Shown here one piece after another: positions 53,566 through 64,000 of a stretch of DNA of 64,000 nucleotides; position 1 is the stretch's first letter, and every line of letters begins with the position of its first letter. Origin of the DNA: Octopus bimaculoides (Eukaryota); NCBI RefSeq assembly GCF_001194135.2, contig NC_068981.1:187733606-187797605 (forward strand), in the 5' to 3' direction. The position numbers and the translations under genes are program-made. The notes beneath the pieces are model-generated. The model saw only the letters and a program-made list of their open reading frames with translations, was not told where the DNA came from and did no database searches.

Positions 53566-54036
53566 ATGGTGTACCGTGTATGTATGCGTGTGTGTATGGT
53601 GTACCGTGTGTGTGTATGGTGTACCGTGTGTGTGTGTGTGTCTGTGTATGGTGTACCGTGTATGTGTATGCGTGTGTATATGGTGTACCGTGTGTGTGTG
53701 TATGGTGTACCGTGTGTGTATGGTGTACCGTGTGTGTGTATGGTGTACCATGTGTGTGTGTATGTATGCGTGTGTGTATGGTGTACCGTGTGTGTGTGTG
53801 TATGGTGTACCGTGTGTGTATGTGTATGGTGTACCGTGTGTGTGTGTGTGTGTATATGGTGTACCGTGTATGTATGCGTGTGTGTATGGTGTACCGTGTG
53901 TGTGTATGTATGGTGTACCGTGTGTGTGTATGGTGTACTGTGTGTGTGTGTATGGTGTACCGTGTGCGTGTGTATATGGTGTACCGTGTATGTGCGTGTG
54001 TGTGTGTGTGTGTGAGTGTGTATATGGTGTACCGTG
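53563..54036. repeat. Compound minisatellite: 18 copies of TATGGTGTAC(C) in variable (GT)n
   Basis: Counted by eye; two copies vary (…ACCA, …ACTG). Confidence 0.9.
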
Positions 54037-54564
54037 GGTGTGTGTGTGTGTGTGTGTGTGTATTAAAGCTGTACTTTATGCGAATGAGAAATGGATATTT
54101 TGACGGAGTAAGATATAATTTCTAAGCTCATCTAAATTGCAAAAAAGTAGGCAGACCTAGCAATAATGCATAATCAAATAATGGAGTGGTGTGTAGAATT
54201 CCTTAGACGGTACTGCTACGTAATTTCTAAAATATCTACCAAATATCCAACATCCATACACCTAAAAGGAGGTGATGATAAGTAACTTATGAATGACAGG
54301 AGGAAATTTAAAAAGGCAATTATCAATGTTACGCGATTCTTTTCTAATTTATTAGAGATTGGTAGAGAAAGAGAGACACGATCCATCAGTTAGCCTTTAC
54401 TTTTTTCAGATTTCCTATTCTCTCTTTCAGTTAGAAGGTGTATGTCAAATCGGGGCTATCAAACATGACGTTAGCCTAAGATACCGCATAGGGGGTTCGA
54501 GCCCGTCACCTCTAACTTGACGAAAGAAAACTTCTTCCACTTTCGTCAACTCTGCATCTGCATA

Positions 54565-54637
<73 letters not shown>

Positions 54638-54639
<2 letters not shown>

Positions 54640-54867
54640 CGAGCTGGCAGAAACGTTAGCACGCCGGGCGAAATGCTTAGCGGTATTTCGTCTGCCGTTA
54701 CGTTCTGAGTTCAAATTCCGCCGAGGTCGACTTTGCCTTTCATCCTTTCGGGGTCGATAAATTAAGTACCAGTTACGCACTGGGGTCGATATAATCGACT
54801 TAATCCGTGTTTGTCTGTCCTTGTTTGTCCCCTCTGTGTGTAGCCCCTTGTGGGTAGTAAAGAAATA
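54638..54867 (+). mobile_element. Well-preserved family B SINE
   Basis: Head ggcgagctggcagaaacgttagc, B-box gagttcaaattcc, tail cccttgtgggtagtaaagaaata, set within (CA)n. Confidence 0.9.
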
Positions 54868-56363
54868 ACACACACACACACACACACACATACACTACAT
54901 GTACACGAATACATCACACCTCGTTAACCAAGATGTGATTTGGGGATTCGCATGCAGACGCTATAACTTCTAGTGATCTTTGTAGATGTTGCACATTTGC
55001 GATCAGAGCAACTAAAATTTGACCGCTCTACAGAAACTTTCCTTTTAATAACAAAAAGCAAAAGACCAGGCATTGAAATCATGTAACTTAAACGGTATCT
55101 TTTCTTAAGTAAACAAAGTTAAATGATTCTAATTTTTCCATTTATTAATAATGTATTCACCCTCTCGTCGAACCATTCGAATGTTTCTCGTTTATTCATT
55201 TATTGTAGGCTGTCTGTGATGGAAATGATGTATGCAAGCAGCTTTTCGTCAAGAAATCTTAAGTTGACTGTATATAAGCGTGTGCGTGCATTTTATGTAC
55301 ATACGTACATAAATACGTACATACAGATATATACACACATATACATTCATAGATGCACACACACACATATATATACACTTATATTATATATATATATATG
55401 TGTGTGCATGTATACATATGTATGTGTGTACATACTTCTGTGCAGCCAACTGTCTGGACATATGACTGCACAATGCTATCATTATTCATTAACATAATAC
55501 ATATCCTGTCCAAATACAACTGACATAACTAACTAATCAGCCTTAAGAGACTTATAAACTCTTCCTTCTCTCCAATTCTTACACACTCTCAATGGCCATC
55601 AATCGTACCATTTCAATTTTTTGTCGCCGCTGTACAAGTAGTCAATAAGTTTATTTTACTGGCTTTTCCTTTCTGATTATATTTAGTTTACATCAAATCT
55701 TCTTGGATGTCGATAAAAGTAATGCCTAGAACAGATACCCTTTCTCGATTCCAATACCGTCGATACGTTGCTACATATTAATTACAGCTGCTTAATAAGT
55801 TTGCTGTTGTATAATCACATGTAACGTCTGCTACATCTATGGCACGCACGTATCTGGTCGGATGACTAAGTGCTACCCACGTATGTAGTTTTCCAGATGT
55901 AGCATATCTCCTCCAAACTGAGACCTATAACCAATGCTGCATGCTCTGACATGCAGTGGTGAATCATACTGCGCACAATGTAGCAGTGTAACAGTTTTAA
56001 CATTTTCTAAACACTCTACCGTACGTTCTATCCCTCTACACCTGTTATGCTATTGTTAACATTTAATTCCATGTCTGAAATGATCAAACATACATATACT
56101 TCTGATGAAAAGAGTTTAACCAAAGATCGTTGTATCTATTAGTCATACAGTCTGCAAGTAATAGATTTATCTGACCTGTTTAACCTTTCATAGTAAGGTG
56201 TGATTTGGGAAACGGTCTGATTTGGTTTCGCTATTATATTTAGCAGATCAAATACCTATGTACAATTATTTCGCCTGTCATTTCTTATGGCTTCGAGAGA
56301 AAGGTCAAAAATAAGCCATCTGCTTTTCTTTTACTCCTATCATTGCTATTGTGCGACGCTGTT

Positions 56364-56572
56364 TCAGGCTAGTGCTTGTTGGGTCTGGCCATATTGGAGC
56401 AATCTCGAGTATAACCAGCCGAAATTGCAAAGATAATCTGGAACTCGACTGAGGAAAGAAAACTCCGAATGATCTGTCTTTGTTTTCTTTGTATCGTCTA
56501 TCAGGATGTTTTGTTGTCCCTTTTTAGTATCACCTAACTGCCTGGATGTTTTGCGTTCTTGTCCCATTTTGT
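56364..56572 (-). repeat. Interspersed module M, reverse copy
   Basis: Reverse complement of 46425-46610. Confidence 0.85.
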
Positions 56573-57159
56573 TTATATATATATATATATATATATATAT
56601 NNNNNNNNNNNNNNNNNNNNNNNNNNNNNNNNNNNNNNNNNNNNNNNNNNNNNNNNNNNNNNNNNNNNNNNNNNNNNNNNNNNNNNNNNNNNNNNNNNNN
56701 NNNNNNNNNNNNNNNNNNNNNNNNNNNNNNNNNNNNNNNNNNNNNNNNNNNNNNNNNNNNNNNNNNNNNNNNNNNNNNNNNNNNNNNNNNNNNNNNNNNN
56801 NNNNNNNNNNNNNNNNNNNNNNNNNNNNNNNNNNNNNNNNNNNNNNNNNNNNNNNNNNNNNNNNNNNNNNNNNNNNNNNNNNNNNNNNNNNNNNNNNNNN
56901 NNNNNNNNNNNNNNNNNNNNNNNNNNNNNNNNNNNNNNNNNNNNNNNNNNNNNNNNNNNNNNNNNNNNNNNNNNNNNNNNNNNNNNNNNNNNNNNNNNNN
57001 NNNNNNNNNNNNNNNNNNNNNNNNNNNNNNNNNNNNNNNNNNNNNNNNNNNNNNNNNNNNNNNNNNNNNNNNNNNNNNNNNNNNNNNNNNNNNNNNNNNN
57101 NNNNNNNNNNNNNNNNNNNNNNNNNNNNNNNNNNNNNNNNNNNNNNNNNNNNNNNNTAG

Positions 57160-57410
57160 AGGAATATATTATTTTGTTTAAAAGAGTTCCAACACTGTCT
57201 GTTTTTTATGTTTTATTTATATTCCTGCAGAACCAATGTGGGGTATAGAATATGGAATATACAATATATAATATAATATACAATATATAATATAAAATAA
57301 AATAAAATAAAAATGGATGGCACCATGAAATAAAGTATTGAATGTAGATGAAATATTGAGTGTTCAATATAAAGGATCAAATATATAAATATAAGTATAT
57401 TTATATATAA
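57160..57410. repeat. Repeat related to 5941-6164
   Basis: attattttgtttaaaagagttccaacactgtctgtt is in the same orientation as 5942-5978; 57270-57400 is the reverse complement of 6040-6164. Confidence 0.85.
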
Positions 57411-57555
57411 ATATGTGTGTGTGTGTGTGTGTGTGCGTGCGCGCGTATGCGTGTGTGTATGTTTGTGTGTCGTGTGTGTATGTATCTGTGTGCATACGTG
57501 CGTGTAAATATACACACGTGTGTGTGTGTGATAAACGCATAACTGCAAGCAACAA

Positions 57556-57607
<52 letters not shown>

Positions 57608-58382
57608 ATTGTTAGTATGAAAATAGAGACATTATTGTTGATATATTTAAGATTAAAGTGGTATTGTTTTCAGATCATTAAACAGGATGATAAATACAGA
57701 AACAGATGTTAAACAGTTTAACTCGCTTTCTTTTACATCGCAATTATTGCTGTATTCTCTGGAGATCTGTTGGAAAGCGAACGTTCACGCTTTGTATTCT
57801 ACTCGCGAGTATGAAATAAGTCATTTCTTTCAACAGCTTTACAAGATAATCCTGGAATAGAAATTATAGTGTAATGAAAAAAAAAAAAGAAAAACCAATC
57901 TTGAACTTTTAATCCCTTCGTCTAAATGGAATATTATTAACAGTTTCCGCTACGTTTTGGTATGGAAAGTTCTATTAATTCTTCCAGAGTATTAACCACA
58001 CTATACTAATTACGGTAATCTGTGATTGTATTAGCAAATGGATGTTTTCAAAAGGATTTGTGTAGAGTGAGTGTTCGCTGATATAATGGTGCAAATCATT
58101 TTCAAAATCGGGTTTTCAGTTATCTCGTGGATTTATAATTCGGAGATAATTTTTGTTTTATCCAAGAGCAATTTTTCCTTTGAAAATCAAGAATCCTACA
58201 ACTACTTTCACTGGTTTTTTAGCCTGAAGATGTGGCCATGCTGGGGCGCCGCCATTAATGTGATTACTAGTTTATTTCTGTCGCACTTCCTCGATCTTCT
58301 CTGTGGTTTTGTTCCCGGTTTTGGTCATCTAGATGGAGTTGCCTTTATTGCTGTGATATGGATTCATCTGTTCGGCAGCCAT

Positions 58383-58443
58383 GATGAAACTCCGAGTTTC
58401 GGATGTCGGGGCGAAAACCCACGCCGCAATCTCTTCAATTATC
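58383..58443 (-). ncRNA. Degenerate hammerhead-like motif
   Basis: GATAA-TTGAAGA-GAT...(imperfect long stem)...ATC-C-GAAAC-TCGGA-GTT-TCATC. Several mismatches. Confidence 0.4.
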
Positions 58444-58502
58444 TGGCCATCGAAAAATTGCTATGAAAATGACCGTTAAACAAAGGGAAATTACTGTGTC
58501 AG

Positions 58503-58546
<44 letters not shown>

Positions 58547-58987
58547 AGTGTGTGNNNNNNNNNNNNNNNNNNNNNNNNNNNNNNNNNNNNNNNNNNNNNN
58601 NNNNNNNNNNNNNNNNNNNNNNNNNNNNNNNNNNNNNNNNNNNNNNNNNNNNNNNNNNNNNNNNNNNNNNNNNNNNNNNNNNNNNNNNNNNNNNNNNNNN
58701 NNNNNNNNNNNNNNNNNNNNNNNNNNNNNNNNNNNNNNNNNNNNNNNNNNNNNNNNNNNNNNNNNNNNNNNNNNNNNNNNNNNNNNNNNNNNNNNNNNNN
58801 NNNNNNNNNNNNNNNNNNNNNNNNNNNNNNNNNNNNNNNNNNNNNNNNNNNNNNNNNNNNNNNNNNNNNNNNNNNNNNNNNNNNNNNNNNNNNNNNNNNN
58901 NNNNNNNNNNNNNNNNNNNNNNNNNNNNNNNNNNNNNNNNNNNNNNNNNNNNNNNNNNNNNNNNNNNNNNNNNNNNNACAAACACAG

Positions 58988-59023
<36 letters not shown>

Positions 59024-59029
59024 GTATAT

Positions 59030-59197
59030 ATACGACGGGCTTCTTTCAGTTTCCGTCTACCAAATCCACTCACAAGGCTTTGGTCGTCCTGAGACTATAG
59101 TAGGAAACACTTGCCCAAGGTGCCACGCAGTGGGACTGAACCCGGAATCATGTGGTTGGTAGGCAAGCTACTTACCACACAGCCACTCCTGCGCCTA
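59030..59197 (-). mobile_element. Family A SINE head (well preserved)
   Basis: Reverse complement aggcgcaggagtggctgtgtggtaagtagcttgcctaccaaccacatgattccgggttcagtccc. Confidence 0.9.
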
Positions 59198-59213
59198 TGT
59201 GTGTATACATACA

Positions 59214-59440
59214 TACAGTAATCCCTCGCCATATCGCGGTTCATCTATCGTGGTTTATTATTTAAGCTTACGCCGATTCCTCCGTGGTGTCGTTTTGCAT
59301 TAATAATAAAATAAATATATACAAATTACAAAAATAATAAAATCAAATATACAGTTCAGTACTGTTTCTACTTCGCGCATTTTCATCTATCGCGGGATGT
59401 TTTGGAACGTAACAACTCCGATAGTCGAGGTATTACTGTA
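59214..59440. mobile_element. Tigger/pogo-like MITE
   Basis: TA-CAGTAATCCCTCG ... CGAGGTATTACTG-TA (12/13); 223 bp between the TA sites. Confidence 0.85.
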
Positions 59441-59519
59441 CATATATATATATTTGCAAATAACTTGGTTATTGCAAGCGGCATGGTGTAATAGCAAGTT
59501 CCTAGTGAAGTATAACAGA

Positions 59520-59820
59520 AGTGTTAAGGCCTGTGCCTTAAGGCCAGAACATTCAGCTCATGACTGTAAGATCATGAATCTGATTCCTGACAACACATTT
59601 TATTCTTGAGCAAGAGACTATTTTCCACGTTGCTCAAGTCCACGCAGCTGACAAAAATGAGTCGTACATGTGTACCTGTGATTCATTGTGTGAGTAGTGC
59701 CTGTGATTCACATTATATATCACACTGGATCTCCTTGAGAACTGCGTTATGCGTACGCGTGTCTGTGGACGTTAATTTTACGAGCATACTCTTCCGTTGA
59801 ACACTCGTCATCGTAATTAC
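59520..59820 (+). mobile_element. Family C SINE (CORE-like central segment)
   Basis: cttgagcaagagactattttccacgttgctcaagtccacgcagctgacaaaaatgagt...gttaattttacgagc. Confidence 0.6.
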
Positions 59821-60406
59821 ACCTCACAGTGTTTCTTTAGTATCAAGCTCTAATCTAGCTATATGTTTGTATATCTGTCTGCCTTCGTATTTCGCTTGCT
59901 AGTTCATTTGATTACTTTCTCTTAATAGGTAAACGTGCAGAAAAAATCAGTAGAAGTGTAGAAGAGCTAGATAGCTAATTAGTCAACTTTGTTTTCTATA
60001 CACATGCACATATGTAGTAAAAATAAGAATCCTCTTCCATAATACAACCACGCTTAATGTACGTTTAAGCATTTATTTCTAAAACATGGTAATAAAGTCA
60101 AATTTGGAAGTTATTCTGAAGCTCAATATATGATTCAGTAAAATGGTCTTCTAAATTTCCATACGGAAATCTTTCTTCATACTTTATAGGACGTTCCAGT
60201 ATTGGGAGAAATAACATACAACGAGACTACATACTTCACCCATAAGCAAATAGATATGTGCCAGAGAGTAGACATGAATTTCAGTTGTAATGTAGAGGAA
60301 AGACATAAATAAAAAGTATGATTTTTACCTGTAGCCATATATACAATATATACAGACAGACGCATCCATCCATCCATTTGTCTGTTTGTCTGTCTGTTTG
60401 CCTGTC

Positions 60407-60465
<59 letters not shown>

Positions 60466-61301
60466 CTATATCTATCTACACACACATCCATACACACAAA
60501 CGCACAAGCACACACACACACACGTATATNNNNNNNNNNNNNNNNNNNNNNNNNNNNNNNNNNNNNNNNNNNNNNNNNNNNNNNNNNNNNNNNNNNNNNN
60601 NNNNNNNNNNNNNNNNNNNNNNNNNNNNNNNNNNNNNNNNNNNNNNNNNNNNNNNNNNNNNNNNNNNNNNNNNNNNNNNNNNNNNNNNNNNNNNNNNNNN
60701 NNNNNNNNNNNNNNNNNNNNNNNNNNNNNNNNNNNNNNNNNNNNNNNNNNNNNNNNNNNNNNNNNNNNNNNNNNNNNNNNNNNNNNNNNNNNNATATATA
60801 TATATATATATATATATAATCTCAAAGTAGACATTGTTTGGTCTTTATTATGTACTATGAGAAGTTTTACCCGCTGTATAGCAATATTTTTCACTTTAAT
60901 GCTCTAATAAATCTTTCTGCACTATATTCACTTCTTTATTATTACAAAACCGATATAATGGCGTTACTAGATTTTTTCCCTCACCAGTTTAATAGCATGA
61001 TGTTTCCAACTACGATTATGTTACAGGTAATAAAGCTGAAGTTATTCATATTTGATTGAACTACCTGTTGCCAATAATGACAGTATCTAGCCAGCATAAT
61101 GGACAGCCAATAGCGACAGGCAACAGACTAGGAATTGATAAAACCGAAGGTTTCAAATCTCAGGACTTGCTGGCGGGAATAGGAACGGTAGTTTGTTGGT
61201 TATACAAATTTATATAAACAAATATACACCCACACGTATATACAATCACAAACACATACCTAGACACACACTTACACTCACATATACATATATATATATA
61301 T

Positions 61302-61336
<35 letters not shown>

Positions 61337-61802
61337 NNNNNNNNNNNNNNNNNNNNNNNNNNNNNNNNNNNNNNNNNNNNNNNNNNNNNNNNNNNNNNNN
61401 NNNNNNNNNNNNNNNNNNNNNNNNNNNNNNNNNNNNNNNNNNNNNNNNNNNNNNNNNNNNNNNNNNNNNNNNNNNNNNNNNNNNNNNNNNNNNNNNNNNN
61501 NNNNNNNNNNNNNNNNNNNNNNNNNNNNNNNNNNNNNNNNNNNNNNNNNNNNNNNNNNNNNNNNNNNNNNNNNNNNNNNNNNNNNNNNNNNNNNNNNNNN
61601 NNNNNNNNNTTAACTGTTCTATGAATGTGTCACAACCCGAGGTTGAATGTGACTCGGAGTTAACGGTGTGAAATTTTCATCGCAACTCTATTGGGGTCGT
61701 TCGACTAAAAGTCTCTTCAAGGCGGTGCTCCAACATGGGCGCAGACTAATGATGCGCAAAAACGTAAGAGATCAATGATATACATACATATATATACATA
61801 CA

Positions 61803-62240
61803 TTTCCAGATTACAAGTTCTGGTTTATACCTGTAATTATTGGAGGGCTGGGATATGTAACACACTGCTTAAATACAAATCTTGAGAAATTAGGCTTCTC
61901 AAAACCAGAATGGAGAAAGCTAATTCGAAGACTACAGATCCAATCCATCACCGGAACTGTAAAAATCTGTAAAACTTTCAAGAAGTTTATCATTAAATAT
62001 ATATGAGCATGTTTAGATATGCAACTGTATGCATGAGAATACATACATAAAACATACACATCTGCAAATGCATACATATATACATACATACATACATACA
62101 TACATACATACATACATACATACATACATACAAACAAACAAAAATACTCTCTTGTTGAAATTCCAATGATGGAGCCTTGGATTTAGGTTAGAAACCGGTT
62201 CTTTTTCTATTGACAAGGAATCTTGAAATAAACTGAATAA
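61803..62240 (+). mobile_element. R4/Dong-like 3' end (REL endonuclease tail plus 3'UTR interrupted by (CATA)n)
   Basis: FIPVIIGGLGYV...LEKLG...LQIQSITGTVKICKTF matches the IP.VIGALG...LQK..LLGT..I tail. Confidence 0.75.
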
Positions 62241-62655
62241 TGACATAAACACATACATACACAAACACACATTCACACACGCACACATATACACACACAC
62301 GTATATATATGTACATATATATTGAAAGAAAATAAGTGGAGAAAGATGGATGTATGAATAATTTTTTTGTATGATAAACAGATGTTGAAACTTTTTAAAA
62401 ACTCAATACAAATAAGTTCGAAAATTACAATTTGTAATCTTCCCAACGAGAGATATTCCGCAACAGTACTCTAGAGTAAAGATTATTTGCCAACATAACA
62501 TGGCAATCCTGGTTTAGGACGACTGTTGCCTCAAATGTTTGGGGATGGGACAGGCCGATTATATCGACACTAGTGTTTTACTAGTACTTCATTTGTCGAT
62601 CCAGAAAGGATAATAGGGAAAGTCGAGCTCAGTGGAATAGCTAATAATAATAATG

Positions 62656-63071
62656 ATTTCATTTATTTGCCACAAGGGTGAAGGATGAAGAGGACAATAC
62701 AGAGACAGACATAAAGTGAGGAGGTTTACATATAATAATGAAATGATAAATATAAAGTAAGTATACACGGTTACCCTGTAAAAGAAAGGATATATGCATA
62801 GCATACAAAGGTAAAAAAAAACAAAAAAAAACACGGCGAGTAGGATGCTAGGGATGTGACCCTCCTGATACAGGAAGTCCTCTAGGAATAACCGAGAAAC
62901 CCCACTGCCCGAGACTTCCCTGAAACGCTAGGAACAGGTTCCCTCTCCAAATCCTTCTCTCCGACTCCCAGGTCTACACTTACAGAAGTACCATTCACTC
63001 GTGCCATTTTCTCAACTTTCATCCACCTTCCAGTAAACTCAATCGAAGACAACACTTCCCTCTCTACTCTC

Positions 63072-63072
<1 letters not shown>
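62656..63072 (-). mobile_element. Tx1/L1-like LINE 3' end
   Basis: RVEREVLSSIEFTGRWMKV resembles the R......F...W C-terminus of L1/Tx1 ORF2 (from recall); 3'UTR ends cccttgtggcaaataaatgaaat. Confidence 0.5.
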
Positions 63073-63109
<37 letters not shown>

Positions 63110-63114
63110 TAATA

Positions 63115-63386
63115 ACTATCATAGTAGGTGACTTAGACTATCATAGTAGGTGCCTTAGGTATAATAAAAAAATATTCAGACAAATACATAACAAAAACAC
63201 CAGGACTTACAAATATATATAACATACAAAAAATTGCACTACTGGGTACTGTACACATTCTACGCAAAACACTTTCAATACAGTAAACATAAGAGCACCA
63301 CAGCAAACCACAGCACATACCCAAGGCGCACAGAGCTGCGCTCGGTAGTGAAGTGAAAGCACGTTATAAAAATAAAACTACTGAAC
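63115..63386 (+). mobile_element. R4/Dong-like 3' end, second family, flanked by (AAT)n on both sides
   Basis: TIIVGALGIIKKYSDKY...NIQKIALLGTVHILRKTLSIQ*. Confidence 0.8.
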
Positions 63387-63494
63387 AATAATAATAATAA
63401 TAATAATAATACCAGTAATACAATTAATACTATCAATAATCCATTCTTATAGCGGTACAATGCCTGATATTTTCAGGAACTCGGTAAGATATAT

Positions 63495-63632
63495 TAGATC
63501 GACCCCGAGTGGTTGAGTGGTACTTATTTTATCAACGCTGAAGGATGAAAAGCAAGGTTGACCTCGGCGGAATCCGAACTCAGAACCTAAGGATAGGTGA
63601 CATGCTGCCGTGGCGATTCTGCCAGCTCATTA
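63495..63632 (-). mobile_element. Family B SINE, diverged
   Basis: ggtacttattttatcaacgctgaaggatgaaaagcaaggttgacctcggcggaatccgaactcagaac. Confidence 0.75.
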
Positions 63633-63948
63633 CTTAATCAAAATAACGAAATCAACAACAACAATATCAACAACGAAACAGGAGGAGGAGGAGAAGAAGA
63701 AAAACACGAGAAAGAAGAAAAAGAATGCAGTATCAATTTGACAATGATCTACTCTTTCGATCTCCTATACATCCATTCGACGAGATTCCATGCAGTTTCC
63801 GTTTTGTGTAAGTGTTTCACTCATAAATTACAGGTCAACTCGGGGCTACAGATGATGAAATTATATCTCGCAATAGTATCGAACACCGGACCACACGGCT
63901 TCGAAGCCACCTTCTTAACTATTCGGTCATTCTGCGCCTTCACACACA

Positions 63949-64000
<52 letters not shown>

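Noticed and set aside
53503-54125. CRISPR-like array, or Cys/Val/Tyr-rich ORFs of 170-204 aa
   Set aside because: Spacers are (GT)n rather than unique sequence, there are no cas genes, and the ORFs are a by-product of stop-free repeats.

Overview
AT-rich, repeat-saturated eukaryotic draft-scaffold window with about 16 N-gaps (roughly 6.7 kb), nearly all abutting (TA)n/(TG)n microsatellites. The repeat content resembles, from recall, the tRNA-derived SINE families of Octopus, so a cephalopod origin is inferred but not proven. No intact protein-coding gene is recognisable. The window holds many tRNA-headed SINEs, decayed LINE fragments (CR1/L2-like, RTE, R4/Dong-like, Tx1-like), a Penelope-like (PLE) GIY-YIG remnant, an internally deleted mariner with both TIRs, a Tigger-like MITE, Helentron/HINE-like elements, foldback structures and a few weak exon candidates. 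The most striking signal is six motifs in five unrelated sequence contexts that fold like minimal type-I hammerhead ribozymes, with covarying stems and palindromic stem III. One lies downstream of an A/B-box tRNA-like head, giving a SINE-plus-hammerhead structure. None has a fully canonical catalytic core, so activity is untested. TE boundaries are approximate (about +/-20 bp) unless stated.
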